64,000 nt of DNA from Azolla caroliniana (taxonomy: Eukaryota; Plantae; Polypodiophyta): positions 1,426,001 to 1,490,000 of the forward strand of contig JBHGNT010000022.1 of NCBI GenBank assembly GCA_043228905.1, in the 5' to 3' direction. Numbering within the stretch: the first letter of the stretch is position 1; every line of letters starts with the position of its first letter. The notes under the pieces are model-generated. The model ran no database searches. It saw only the letters and a program-made list of their open reading frames with translations, and had not been told where the DNA came from. Both the position numbers and the translations under genes were made by a program. Shown in pieces: positions 25,828-38,723 of this stretch.

Positions 25828-28353
25828 TTCCCACGAGCCACGCACCGCCCATTAAAATCCTGTTCGGCGACCAACAACGGGTGTACCACTCACATAAACA
25901 AGTCATGTGCATGCTCACCATCTGTTCCGCTTAGATCCAACATCGTTTCTATGTCCTCCCGCACCAGTTGTTCCCAATCACCCTGGGTTGTGATTGGTTC
26001 CTCCATAGTCGAGCTTGTCTCGATTTCTCCTCACAACATCTCATCCTCCCCAATCACCTTCCAATCGCGCTCTTCACTACTCCACCGAGATACCACCCAC
26101 ATCAGCAACACACAGTACCTGGTATCACCGACAGAGCGCATCCACGACATCCGACGGCTCCTAGCCACCTTTCCCTCATTGTCTACACCACCTCCAAAAC
26201 CTCCCTCGGTCCGTTTTCCGATCCACCACACGATTCCTACAGGCAACGCCTGCCCCATCCACGCAGCTCCTCGACGTCGCTGGCCTCTCGACCACGAGCG
26301 CATAGACAACGCCGTCAAAACTATGCTACAACAAGGGATTATCACACCTTCCAAGAGCGAGTGGATCTCGGAGCCACACATGGTAAAGAAAGGGGATGGC
26401 TCTTACCGTTTTTGTGTCGACTTCCGACAACTAAACCATGTCACCACCCATGACCGATATCCTCTCCCTCGTATCGATGACCTCCTTGACCAGCTCGGCA
26501 AATCAAAGTACTTCACCTCCCTCGATCTGGCCTCAGGATATTGGCAGATCCCTATGAATCCTAAAGATGCCCACAAAACAGCATTCCGCACTAGGAAAGG
26601 CATTTTTCAATTCACACGGATGCCCTTCGGCCTATCCGATGTTGGGAGCACATTCCAGCGAATGGCTAACGCCATCTTCGATAATCTCATCACCCGCCGT
26701 GTCGTCATCGTCTATCTAGATGATATTCTGATACATACAAGCACTTGGGTGGAACACCTTCAAGTCCTTCGGGAGGTCCTCACTTGTGTTCAACGTTATC
26801 GATTGCAATTGCAATGGAAGAAGTGTCGATGGGGTAGTACGCGCCTCCGCTTCCTCGGGTACGTCATCTCCTCCGATGGAGTGCAGATGGACCTAGAGAA
26901 GACGGAAGCAATCCAAAAATTCCCACGCCCCACCACAGTCAAGCAGCTTCAACGCTTCCTCGGCCTCCTCACGTTCTCTCTCCGCTTCATCCCACGACTA
27001 GTCGACCTGTCAGCCCCACTACGCGCGCTCCTGCAAAAAGACACACCCTTCCTATGGACCGAAGCCTACGAATCCAGCTTCCTGCAGCTCAAGCGAACAC
27101 TCCAAGCCTCTGACCTCTTCGCCCACCCTGATTTCACGAAGCCTTTCCATCTGCAGACGGATGCCTCCAATGTCGGCCTTGGTGCGGTCCTGCTCCAATC
27201 TGACGACAATGACCAACTACGCCCAACTACCTAAATAAGTCGGTCACTTACCAAAGCTGAAAAAAATTACTCGGCAACCAAAATAGAGTTGCTCGCCATC
27301 ATCTGGGCATTCCATCGTTTCCACTCATACCTACACAGATCAAATACATCAGTCGAAACCGACCATCAGCCATTGCTCTCCCTCATAAAGAAGGCTCATC
27401 CACCCAGTCGCTTACTCCGTTGGGCTTTGGCGCTACAGGATTACACATTCACGTTGCGCTATCGTCGTGGTCCCCAAAACATCGTCGCCGATGGATTATC
27501 CCGCATATCCTTTCAGGCGAACCAGGTCGCCTCTGACACAATCAATTTCCCCATATCCTCGTCCCAAATAGCCAACATGCAACAACACGACAAAAAAATC
27601 CAAGACATCTGCCACCGCCTACGAGCTGAGCCCACATCATCCCTCACCAAGCAATTCATGATCCAGGATACTGTCCTGCTTTTTTTCCAAGTAGGCAAGG
27701 AACCCCGGGTCTACGTGCCTGAGCAACTGCGCCTGTCTTACCTTCGTTTCTTCCACGATCACCCATTGTCCGGCCACTTGGGTTTTCATAAGGTGCTAGA
27801 TAAAATCCGTTGCAAATTCTATTGGCCCGGGCTACGCCACGAGGTCGTCTCCTACATCAAAGCATGCAACTTATGTCAGGCCATCAAATCACCTCAAGTG
27901 GCTCAAGGCCTCTTACATCCGATACAAGTTCAAGCTCCATTTGAAATTATTGGATGGGACATTATGGGCCCCTTTCCCGAGTCACAAGAAGGGAACAAAT
28001 TCATCCTCGTCATAACCGAGTACTTGGCGCGTTGGGCTGAGACGGCCGCTATCCCAGATGCCAAGGCTATGACCATCGCCTCCAAACTATTGGAGAAAAT
28101 CATCTTCCCCCATGGGTGCCCACTCCAAATCTTGTCCGATCGAGGACCCCAGTTCAACAGCGAGCTCCTACGCCTAGTTTCTACACAATTAGGAATCCAA
28201 CAATTATTCACGTCACCCTACCATCCGCAGACCAATGGATTGACGGAGCGCCTCAATCAAACCTTAAAACAACAAATCTCGGCCTACATCGATCCGCTGC
28301 ACTCGACTTGGGACCGGATCTTGCCCTTCATTACACATGCCTACAACACAACT
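25828..28353 (+). pseudogene. pol: Gypsy A pol (protease end, RT, RNase H, integrase core), cut by Copia D
   Basis: YRFCVDFRQLN, LDLASGYWQI, YLDDIL, LQTDASNVGLGAVL, HDHPLSGHLG, SDRGPQF, YHPQTNGLTER. Confidence 0.93.
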
Positions 28354-28445
28354 TGTTGGGGACAAAGGCCGTGTCGATGCGGAAGATCAAATAGCATTCG
28401 ATTGGAGTTGAGTACCTGCGTATGACAGTTTGCAAGATCGTGCAC

Positions 28446-28478
<33 letters not shown>

Positions 28479-31400
28479 CAAAAGACTCTTTATTCAATAG
28501 AAAAGAATAATACAACCAACCTTACAAAAAGGTTACAAGGTCACTTTATATAGTGACCGACTTAGGGCAACTACCATTTATGCTAATTACACAAATGGCC
28601 CAAACTTGATCTATACAAAGAGATAGTGTGAATACGTCCATTATACACTTGTATTCGACACTCCCCCGTAATGGGCGTATTCATGGGTTATCTAAGATTA
28701 CAGGTATAAACCTAGGTTCTCGGACATATCAGTTTTGTTCGAGTCGGCAGGGTCCGAAGGCAGAAGATCAGACTGGTCGGGTCGGAAGAGTTGAAGCCGA
28801 TCATTAAGGAACTGATGTCGGTTGTCGGAAACCATCCTGCGCTGTGTCCGGCTCTAACCGGACTGATTTGTCGTTACGCCCATCTGATGCCGAAGGGACC
28901 GAAAGCGGTCTGCCGAAAGACACTTGGTCATTCCATCTGCGACATTGTCGGTTGTCGATATTTTCTCTAGACCGATTTTCCCTGAAATGACGCAGTCCCG
29001 AACGAAGTGATATCGAACGTCGATATGTTTGGAGGCGTTGTGGTGAACCGGATTTTTCGACAAGGCAACAACACCTTGACTGTCGCTGTAGAAAACTGGG
29101 GCCGAGTCATGGTCGACTTGTCGAAACGTGTGCGCCAGCCGGCCGAGCCACAAAGCTTCTTTTGCAGCGTCGGACGCAGCTACATATTCTGCTTCGGTCG
29201 TTGAGGTCGTTGTGCACTCCTGAAGTTTCGACTTCCACGAAATTGCTCCATTGCCGAATTTGAAGCAGTATCCAGTTGTTGATTTCCGACTGTCTATACA
29301 GCCGGCGAAGTCCGAGTCGGTGTAACCGACTACGCCTGAGGTTGAGTTCGGGCCGAAAAGAATGCCGTGGTCTTTTGTGCCAGCCAGATATTTGAACACA
29401 TGCTTGACTGCATTCCAATGCGATCGGCCAGGATTGTGCATAAATCTGCTAACGACTCCTACGGCATGAGAGATATCAGGCCGTGTCGCGACCATCAGGT
29501 ACATGAGGGAGCCGACTGCCGGTGCATACGGTACCGACTTCATATCTTCCCCCTCCGGACCGGATGTCGGGCAGTCTCGCTGAGAGAGCCGAAGATTCAT
29601 GGGGAGCGGGGTTGAAGCAGATTTGGCTGATTGCATGTTGAAGCGTTCCAAGACACGTCCGATATAGTCGGTCTGAGACAAAAAGAGATGTCGTTTATCG
29701 CGATGCCGACTAATCTTCATTCCAAGTATGTGTCGTGCCGGACCGAGGTCCTTCATGGCAAACTTCAACCGCAATTGCCGAATGAGATCGGCAAGTTCGC
29801 CCGCGTGGCGTCCAGAAATTAGCATGTCGTCCACGTAAATGATGAGGAAGATGGGTGATCCATCTTGAGCTGTGTTGGTAAAAAGACAATGGTCCTCATC
29901 GCTTTTTGAGAAGCCGATCGATTGGATGAAGTCATCGAACTTCTTGTACCATTGTCGCGGTGCCTGTTTGAGGCCGTATAGACTCTTCCTGAGTCGGCAG
30001 ACTAGATGTTCTTGGCCAGTTGCCACGAAGCCTTTTGGCTGCTCCATATAAATTTCCTCTTCAAGATCACCATGGAGGAAGGTTGTTTTGACATCTAGCT
30101 GAATCAGCTCCAAGTTGTCGGCTGCCACTACGCCGAGTAGAAAACGAAGGGTTGTCATTTTCACCACTGGTGAAAAAATCTCGTCGAAGTCGACGCCATA
30201 TTCTTGTCGGAAGCCCTTCGCAACTAATCTGGCCTTGTACTTTGGGGTGGTCGAATCAGACGTCTCTTTTAGTCGATAAACCCACTTGCAAGGAAGAGCA
30301 CGTCGATTCTTAGGTAATTCGACCAGATCCCAAGTCTTGTTTGCCCGAATGGAGTGCATTTCCGACTCCATCGCCAGATGCCAGGTGGCTAAATCGACAG
30401 ATGTCGATGCTTCTTCGTAAGACGTCGGTTCGCCGGCGTCGGTGAAGAAAATTCCAGGAGAATACCTCTCCGGAGGTTGCGACAGTCTCTCGGATCGTCG
30501 AGGTATGATTGGACTGGTCGCATCGGGTATCGAGGTCGGATGGTCCGAAAGCGAATTATTCTGCTGTGCCGAGTCAGAGTTGTCCGAGTCGGTGGTGTAA
30601 GGTTCAGCTACCCGTGAAGCTGACCGTGTGTTAAGAGCGGGGCCTTCTTGAAGGGTCGTCACATCGGAAAATGTTACCCTTCGGACTTCGATCGGTTTTT
30701 CGACTGATGGATTCATACCCGACTCGTTGAACACAACGTCCGAACTTCGAACGATTTTTCTGCGTTCGGGGTCCCAGAGTCGGTATCCCATTTCGCCGTC
30801 TGATCCATATCCAAGGAAGATGCATTTCCTGGACCGAGGTGCAAGTTTTCGGCGATCATCTTTCGGAATAAGGGCGTACGCCTCGCATCCGAAGATCCTC
30901 AGCTTGTCGTAATTCGGCTTACTGCCGATCCATAGTTCCTGAGGAATTTGAAGTCCTAGAGGTCTGCTTGGCGACATATTGATTATGTGTACTGCCGTGA
31001 GTAGAGCCTCTGCCCAGAAGCCATCCGACAGTCCGGAGTGTTGGAGCATGGAAACTATCCGTTCTTGGATTGTCCGATTCATGCGTTCTGCAATCCCGTT
31101 TTGCTCCGGACTGTGTGGTGCCGTAAATTCACGTCGGATACCGCGTTGTCGGCAGAATTTGACGAATTCTTCTGATTTGAACTCTCCCCCATTGTCGGTC
31201 CAAAAGCATTTCAGTTTTCGGTCAGTTTGATTTTCTACCATAGCGAGCCAATCGGAGAAGATCGAGAAGACACGATCTTTGGTGCGAATTGGATAAGCCC
31301 ACACCTTTCGAGTCGAATCGTCAATAAAACTGACGAAGTAAGAGGCACCGCCGAGAGACTGATGCGGCATTGGGCCGCACACGTCCGAGTGGACTAAATC

Positions 31401-33888
31401 GAGAGGTCTCGTTTCTCTTGGTGCTGATGTCGGGTGTGATGCGGCTGCTTGTTTGCCATATTGGTAATGTTCGCAGAATTGATGGTCCGAGAAGGAGAGT
31501 TTAGGGATGTATCCGGCTCTAGATAGGTGCGTAATGCCGGCCTTGCTGAGGTGTCCTAATCTTCTGTGCCATAGTGATGACACAGGAATATCCACCAAAA
31601 ACAGGTTACCCTCTCTGAGCGTAACATGTAACGGATACAGTGAGTGTATCTTGGGTCCTCTAGCAAGCAGGAGGTTCCCCCTGTGGAGTGTCCACCCTCC
31701 CGAAGAAAAACCGGCACGAATGCCGTCTTCATCTAGTTGTCCGACTGAGATCAATGGCCTTGAGAGCTCGGGTACATGTCGGACATTGCGAAGTACAAGT
31801 GTAGAGCCACCTGCAAGGTTGAGCTCTACTGTGCCGATTCCAATGATGTCACAGTGTTGCGAGTTGCCGACTCGAACTGAGTCGGAGTGACGGATCGTAT
31901 ATTGCCGAAATTGGGATCGATGAGGAGTCACGTGAAATGACGCGCCCGAATCTAAGAGCCATGTGCTCGATTCTTCAGTCGTGAGCAGAACTTCTGATCC
32001 GACTGGATTTTCGATTGATAGTATATTCGGGTCGTTTGGTAGTACATCAGCTGAGAAGCTGACGTAATTGATCTCCTCATGCCGGCCACTCTTCTTGTCT
32101 GATTTCTGAGACTTGTCGTTCTTGTTCTTGAGTGCGCGGCAGTCGGCTTTGATGTGTCCGGGTTTCTTGCAATAGTTGCAGATTCGATTATCCCGTGACT
32201 GGCTTCGTCTTCGCTGATTGTTCGGCTGCCGTGAGGAATCTCTTCCTCGTATGTTCGATCGGTCTGTCGAACCTTGTACTACATAAGCGTCGTTTGTTGA
32301 GTCTTTGGCGAAAGACTTTCTCCGAGCTGCTTCGGTCAGGATTGCGCTCGTGACTTCGGAGTATTTAACAGCCGTGGTTGACGCGTTGCACACGGTTGTG
32401 ACGAAAGTTTCCCATGATGAGGGAAGGCTGCTCATGAGTATCATTGCTCTGAGTTCATCCTCGATTGCCGTCCCCTAAGATGAGATTTGGGAGCTTATGC
32501 TTTCGTACTCATTGAGATGTGCTTGAACCGAATCGGATTCTTTCATCCGCAAGTTGTAGAGGCGCCGAGTCAGAAACATCTTCGTTGCGGCGACCTTCTT
32601 TTCGTAAGTGTCCGACAATGTTTTCCACAGTTCGAATGCTGTCGTACACGATTGCACCGTAAAATATACCGATTCCGATAGGTGCATCCGAATCGTGGCG
32701 CGGACGATTCTGTCCAGCTTCTGCCACTCAATTGGTTTGTATCCTTCTGGAGGTTCTTCATTTTCGATGGGATCGATTTGCCCCTTGACTATGAGATAGT
32801 CCTGCATTTGCTCTTTCCAGAAGTTGAAGTTCGATCCATCGAACTTTCGTAGACTCATTTCTGACGAGCCGGATGTTGATGCCATCAAATTTGGTTTCGG
32901 TTGACGAAGCTCGGTTCGGAGTGGACTACGAACCTTGTTGGAGTGCAGCCGGTTGGCTCACCCGATATCGTTCTAGTCGGATTTGAACCCGAGTCGGTTC
33001 GGCTTCGGATATATGTATTGTTGAACTTGCTCGAATTGACTCCGGTAACTTGAGGGACAGAACCGACTGGTCTTCCCGAATGTTGCCGAGTCGGAGTGAG
33101 CCCGGTTCGCTTCCGAATATATATATGCCAAATACCGATTATTGAAACCGATTGTCTGGACCGATTCTGCTTCGGGTGACTGCAGCGACGAGAGAGACGG
33201 ATCCAACTGATCCTCCCGAATGTCGATCAGCCGGATGAAGCACGAATTGGGGTTGTTGTCTTGAGACCGATCTGCACCGAGTGGTTACAATGAGCGGCGA
33301 GCAGCGTTTGATGACCTCTTCGGATGCCGTTTAACCGAGTGGAGCACGATCGTGTCAATGTTGCACAAGGGGATTTCACCTCGAGCGGTTATGATCACAA
33401 GGAACAGAGTACAACCGGCTGCTTACTCCAAGCGAAGATGATCTAACGCGATGAGATGCAAGCCTCGTTTTTCTTCTTCTTCTCTCTTCTTCGAATGACG
33501 CAGGAAACCGAATGTTGTGCAGGCTGAGACGACGGCCGACAGCGAGTTGAAGGACCGAATACTGTGCAGGCTCTGATACCAGATGTTGGGGACAAAGGCC
33601 GTGTCGATGCGGAAGATCAAATAGCATTCGATTGGAGTTGAGTACCTGCGTATGACAGTTTGCAAGATCGTGCACAGAGACAGAGAGAGAGAGAGACACA
33701 CACACACAAAAGACTCTTTATTCAATAGAAAAGAATAATACAACCAACCTTACAAAAAGGTTACAAGGTCACTTTATATAGTGACCGACTTAGGGCAACT
33801 ACCATTTATGCTAATTACACAAATGGCCCAAACTTGATCTATACAAAGAGATAGTGTGAATACGTCCATTATACACTTGTATTCGACA
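28354..33888 (-). mobile_element. Copia D: young, full-length Ty1/Copia element, LTRs 33584-33888 (5') and 28354-28660 (3')
   Basis: LTRs apparently identical apart from the GA microsatellite, TSD CAACT (28349-53 / 33889-93), minus-strand PBS TGGTATCAGAGC at 33581-33570, PPT GGGGGAG at 28667-28661. Excision restores A integrase YNTTVQAS. Confidence 0.97.
28854..32888 (-). pseudogene. gag-pol: Copia D gag-pol, open except for one in-frame TAG at 32477-32475
   Basis: ORFs 32888-32475 and 32444-28854 are in frame. KFDGSNFNFWK, CNYCKKPGHIKADC, WLLDSGASFH, VHSDVCGP, IIYVDDML, YTDSDFAG. Confidence 0.95.
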
Positions 33889-33893
33889 CAACT

Positions 33894-34312
33894 GTGCAAG
33901 CCTCCACCCGCATTAGCCCATTTCAGGCCCTTTACGGAAGGGACCCACGCTTACCCCCAGAAGTGGCAGTCCCGCAACCAATCACACGACTCCACTCTAA
34001 CGCAGTGTCCTGGTGGTCCCACCTGCAACAACTCCAGCCCCTCCTCCGCAAAACCATCACGAGCAACTTGCACCAAGCACAGCTACGCCAAAAACAACAA
34101 CACGATGCAGGCCGCGCCAACCATCAATACCAAGTCGGCGACAAAGTCCTCGTCTATTTCCCCAATCCGTCATCATGGCTTTAGCGAGTCACTCATGCAT
34201 CGATGGATCGGTCCCTTCAAAGTTCAAAAGCAAATACGCAACACTACATATCGGCTCCACCGCGCCTCCAACAACCGCTCTACCTTTGCCCACCAATCTC
34301 GCATGAAGCCCT
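33894..34312 (+). pseudogene. pol: Gypsy A integrase C-terminus with GPF motif, frameshifted
   Basis: SPFQALYGRDPRLP, YQVGDKVLV, RWIGPFKV...TTYRL. No chromodomain visible before the PPT. Confidence 0.85.
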
Positions 34313-34857
34313 TCCATCAGCTACCATTGCCCCCGCCCATGCTCATGCCCACACCCACGCCCACGCCCGTGTCATTCCCACCTAGAACCGTCGTCCACGC
34401 TCCATCGCGATCCAACCGCACAATAACTTTTTTTTACAAAGGGGAACTGTGGCGGTTACATGGACCGCACCCAAATTAGGCCCCTACCGCCACATGGACC
34501 ACACCCAAATTAGGCCCCTACCAAGCCCCATAATTAGAAGACCTAATTGGAAAGAGAGAACAACCTCCACGCTAAGAGTAGTCTATAAAATGAAACTTAG
34601 AACGTAATGGAAAGGGAGCTATTCTTGAGAGCATTTCACAATACGATCACGATTTCTTCATCTACATGTTGCATGCGTGATAGGACTCAAAGCCAAAATC
34701 CCTTCTTCAGATGTCAAGTGCGTTATCCATTCCAATACAAGTGCTTCGTTTGGATAACCATCATTATTTACGAGGTACCTTGCAAGGAATACGAATTCAA
34801 AATTACATTATTGTTTAGTGTCAATGTGCATCATGGTGTTTCTTCTTCTTCGTATCG

Positions 34858-34930
34858 CACGCTTGGTGGGACTCGAACCCACAATCCCTTGATTAGAAGT
34901 CAAGTGCCTTATCCATTAGGCCACAAGCGC
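34858..34930 (-). tRNA. trnR-UCU: tRNA-Arg(UCU), perfect cloverleaf
   Basis: GCGCTTG TG GCC TAATGGATAA GGC A CTTGA CT-TCT-AA TCAAG GGATT GTGGG TTCGAGT CCCAC CAAGCGT G. All stems pair (G1:U72), A20 and G73 present, intact A and B boxes. Confidence 0.9.
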
Positions 34931-35410
34931 TTGGTTTTGATACATTTTTAATAATGAATTATCTTCCCGAAAATCCTAATTTGAAGTTATAAAATGGATT
35001 CGTTGTCGACTTATTCTTTTTGTCTTGCTATCTGGGTTTTACAAGGAAATGGATCACGGGTTCCTCTTATTGGCATATTGTCACATTGTTGATAAGCTAG
35101 GATGTCTAGGACGTTCGTTACAGACAAATAGGATCACGGTTTCGTTTTGATAAATTTTAATAATGAATTATCTTCGAGAGATTTCTAATATGAAGTTAGA
35201 CAATGGATTCGTTGTTGACTTTTGTTTTGTCTTGCTATGTGGGGTTTTACAAGAAAAGGATCAAGCGTTCCTCTTATTGGCATATTGTCACATTGTTGAT
35301 CACCTTGATGTCCAGGATGTTATTTACAAAGAAATACGATCACTATTTCCTCATCTGCATGTTGCATGCGTGGTAGGACTCAATGTCGAATACAAGTGTA
35401 TAATGGACGA

Positions 35411-35510
35411 NNNNNNNNNNNNNNNNNNNNNNNNNNNNNNNNNNNNNNNNNNNNNNNNNNNNNNNNNNNNNNNNNNNNNNNNNNNNNNNNNNNNNNNNNN
35501 NNNNNNNNNN
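35411..35510. other. Assembly gap (100 N placeholder)
   Basis: Run of N. Comparison with Copia D implies ~2.5 kb is missing. Confidence 0.98.
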
Positions 35511-37978
35511 ACGATTCGACTCGAAAGGTGTGGGCTTATCCAATTCGCACCAAAGATCGTGTCTTCTCGATCTTCTCCGATTGGCTCGCTATGGTAGAAA
35601 ATCAAACTGACCGAAAACTGAAATGCTTTTGGACCGACAATGGGGGAGAGTTCAAATCAGAAGAATTCGTCAAATTCTGCCGACAACGCGGCATCCGACG
35701 TGAATTTACGGCACCACACAGTCTGGAGCAAAACGGGATTGCAGAACGCATGAATCGGACAATCCAAGAACGGATAGTTTTCATGCTCCAACACTCCGGA
35801 CTGTCGGATGGCTTCTGGGCAGAGGCTCTACTCACGGCAGTACACATAATCAATATGTCGCCAAGCAGGCCTCTAGGACTTCAAATTCCTCAGGAACTAT
35901 GGATCGGCAGTAAGCCGAATTACGACAAGCTGAGGATCTTCGGATGCGAGGCGTACGCCCTTATTCCGAAAGATGATCGCCGAAAACTTGCACCTCGGTC
36001 CAGGAAATGCATCTTCCTTGGATATGGATCAGACGGCGAAATGGGATACCGACTCTGGGACCCCGAACGCAGACAAATCGTTCGAAGTTCGGACGTTGTG
36101 TTCAACGAGTCGGCTATGAATCCATCAGTCGAAAAACCGATCGAAGTCCGAAGGGTAACATTTTCCGATGTGACGACCCTTCAAGAAGGCCCCGCTCTTA
36201 ACACACGGTCAGCTTCACAGGTAGCTGAACCTTACACCACCGACTCGGACAACTCTGACTCGGCACAGCAGAATAATTCGCTTTCGGACCATCCGACCTC
36301 GATACCCGATGCGACCAGTCCAATCATACCTCGACGATCCGAGAGACTGTCGCAACCTCCGGAGAGGTATTCTCCTGGAATTTTCTTCACCGACGCCGGC
36401 GAACCGACGTCTTACGAAGAAGCATCGACATCTGTCGATTTAGCCACCTGGCATCTGGCGATGGAGTCGGAAATGCACTCCATTCGGGCAAACAAGACTT
36501 GGGATCTGGTCGAATTACCTAAGAATCGACGTGCTCTTCCTTGCAAGTGGGTTTATCGACTAAAAGAGACGTCTGATTCGACCACCCCAAAGTACAAGGC
36601 CAGATTAGTTGCGAAGGGCTTCCGACAAGAATATGGCGTCGACTTCGACGAGATTTTTTCACCAGTGGTGAAAATGACAACCCTTCGTTTTCTACTCGGC
36701 GTAGTGGCAGCCGACAACTTGGAGCTGATTCAGCTAGATGTCAAAACAACCTTCCTCCATGGTGATCTTGAAGAGGAAATTTATATGGAGCAGCCAAAAG
36801 GCTTCGTGGCAACTGGCCAAGAACATCTAGTCTGCCGACTCAGGAAGAGTCTATACGGCCTCAAACAGGCACCGCGACAATGGTACAAGAAGTTCGATGA
36901 CTTCATCCAATCGATCGGCTTCTCAAAAAGCGATGAGGACCATTGTCTTTTTACCAACACAGCTCAAGATGGATCACCCATCTTCCTCATCATTTACGTG
37001 GACGACATGCTAATTTCTGGACGCCACGCGGGCGAACTTGCCGATCTCATTCGGCAATTGCGGTTGAAGTTTGCCATGAAGGACCTCGGTCCGGCACGAC
37101 ACATACTTGGAATGAAGATTAGTCGGCATCGCGATAAACGACATCTCTTTTTGTCTCAGACCGACTATATCGGACGTGTTTTGGAACGCTTCAACATGCA
37201 ATCAGCCAAATCTACTTCAACCCCGCTCCCCATGAATCTTCGGCTCTCTCAGCGAGACTGCCCGACATCCGGTCCGGAGGGGGAAGATATGAAGTCGGTA
37301 CCGTATGCACCGGCAGTCGGCTCCCTTATGTACCTGACGGTCGCGACACGGCCTGATATCTCTCATGCCGTAGGAGTTGTTAGCAGATTTATGCACAATC
37401 CTGGCCGATCGCATTGGAACGCAGTCAAGCATCTGTTCAAATATCTGGCTGGCACAAAAGACCACGGCATTCTTTTCGGTCCGAACTCAACCTCAGGCGT
37501 AGTCGGTTACACCGACTCGGACTTCGCCGGCTGTATAGACAGTCGGAAATCAACAACTGGATACTGCTTCAAATTCGGCAATGGAGCAATTTCGTGGAAG
37601 TCGAAACTTCAGGAGTGCACAGCGACCTCAACGACCGAAGCAGAATATGTAGCTGCGTCCGACGCTGCAAAAGAAGCTTTGTGGCTCGGCCGGCTGGCGC
37701 ACACGTTTCGACAAGTCGACCATGACTCGGCCCCAATTGTCTACAGCGACAGTCAAGGTGCTGTTGCCTTGTCGAAAAATCCGGTTCACCACAACGCCTC
37801 CAAACATATCGACGTTCGATATCACTTCGTTCGGGACTGCGTCATTTCAGGGAAAATCGGTCTAGAGAAAATATCGACAACCGACAATGTCGCAGATGGA
37901 ATGACCAAGTGTCTTTCGGCAGACCGCTTTCGGTCCCTTCGGCATCAGATGGGCGTAATGACAAATCAGTCCGGTTAG
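35511..37978 (+). CDS. pol: Copia E pol (INT core, RT, RNase H), open throughout the visible part, 5' partial
   Basis: ~820 uninterrupted codons, nearly identical to Copia D pol. Confidence 0.9.
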
Positions 37979-38351
37979 AGCCGGACACAGCGCAGGATGG
38001 TTTCAGACAACCGACATCAGTTCCTTAATGATCGGCTTCAACTCTTCCGACCCGACCAGTCCGGTCTTCTGCCTTCGGACCCTGCCGACTCGAACAAAAC
38101 TGATATGTCCGAGAACCTAGGTTTATACCTGTAATCTTAGATAACCCATGAATACGCCCATTACGGGGGAGTGTCGAATACAAGTGTATAATGGACGTAT
38201 TCACACTACCTCTTTGTATAGATCAAGTTTGGGCCATTTGTGTAATTAGCATAAATGGTAGTTGCCCTAAGTCGGTCACTATATAAAGTGACCTTGTAAC
38301 CTTTTTGTAAGGTTGGTTGTATTATTCTTTTCTATTGAATAAAGAGTCTTT

Positions 38352-38390
<39 letters not shown>

Positions 38391-38650
38391 ACGATCTTGC
38401 AAACTGTCATACGCAGGTACTCAACTCCAATCGAATGCTATTTGATCTTCCGCATCGACACGGCCTTTGTCCCCGACACTCAAACCCACAATCCCTTCTT
38501 TAGATGTCAAGTGCCTTATCCATTACAATACAAGTGCTTCGTTTGGATAACCATCATTATTTACGAGGTACCTTGCAAGGAATACGAATTCAAAATTACA
38601 TTATTGTTTAGTGTCAATGTGCATCATGGTGTTTCTTCTTCTTCGTATCG

Positions 38651-38723
38651 CACGCTTGGGGGGACTCGAACCCACAATCCCTTGATTAGAAGTCAAGTGC
38701 CTTATCCATTAGGCCACAAGCGC
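38651..38723 (-). pseudogene. tRNA-Arg(UCU) copy with one T-stem mismatch
   Basis: Matches 34858-34930 except the T-stem 3' strand reads CCCCC. Confidence 0.7.

Larger units (their letters stand above)
12865..34640 (+). mobile_element. Gypsy A: Ty3/Gypsy element with short LTRs (12865-13053, 34448-34640), hosting Copia B, C and D
   Basis: TG...CA LTR pair, 4-bp TSD ATAC (12861-64 / 34641-44), PBS TGGTGGAGAAGACGGGC at 13057, PPT AAAGGGGAAC before 34448. Domain order gag-PR-RT-RH-INT. Confidence 0.93.
35384..38478 (+). mobile_element. Copia E: sister of Copia D, 5' portion lost in an assembly gap, 3' LTR 38172-38478
   Basis: Starts TGTCGAATAC, ends CCCCGACA, TSD CTCAA (35379-83 / 38479-83) inside the T-loop of a B-type tRNA copy, PPT GGGGGAG before 38172. 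Confidence 0.95.

Noticed and set aside
32475-32477. Single TAG in Copia D as a programmed readthrough codon
   Set aside because: It lies inside the gag core upstream of the zinc knuckle and fits a CAG-to-TAG transition like the other stops in this window. The sister copy E is gapped here, so it cannot be confirmed.
35366-35510. N-terminus of the 870-aa ORF
   Set aside because: Artefactual fusion of satellite, LTR start and the N gap.
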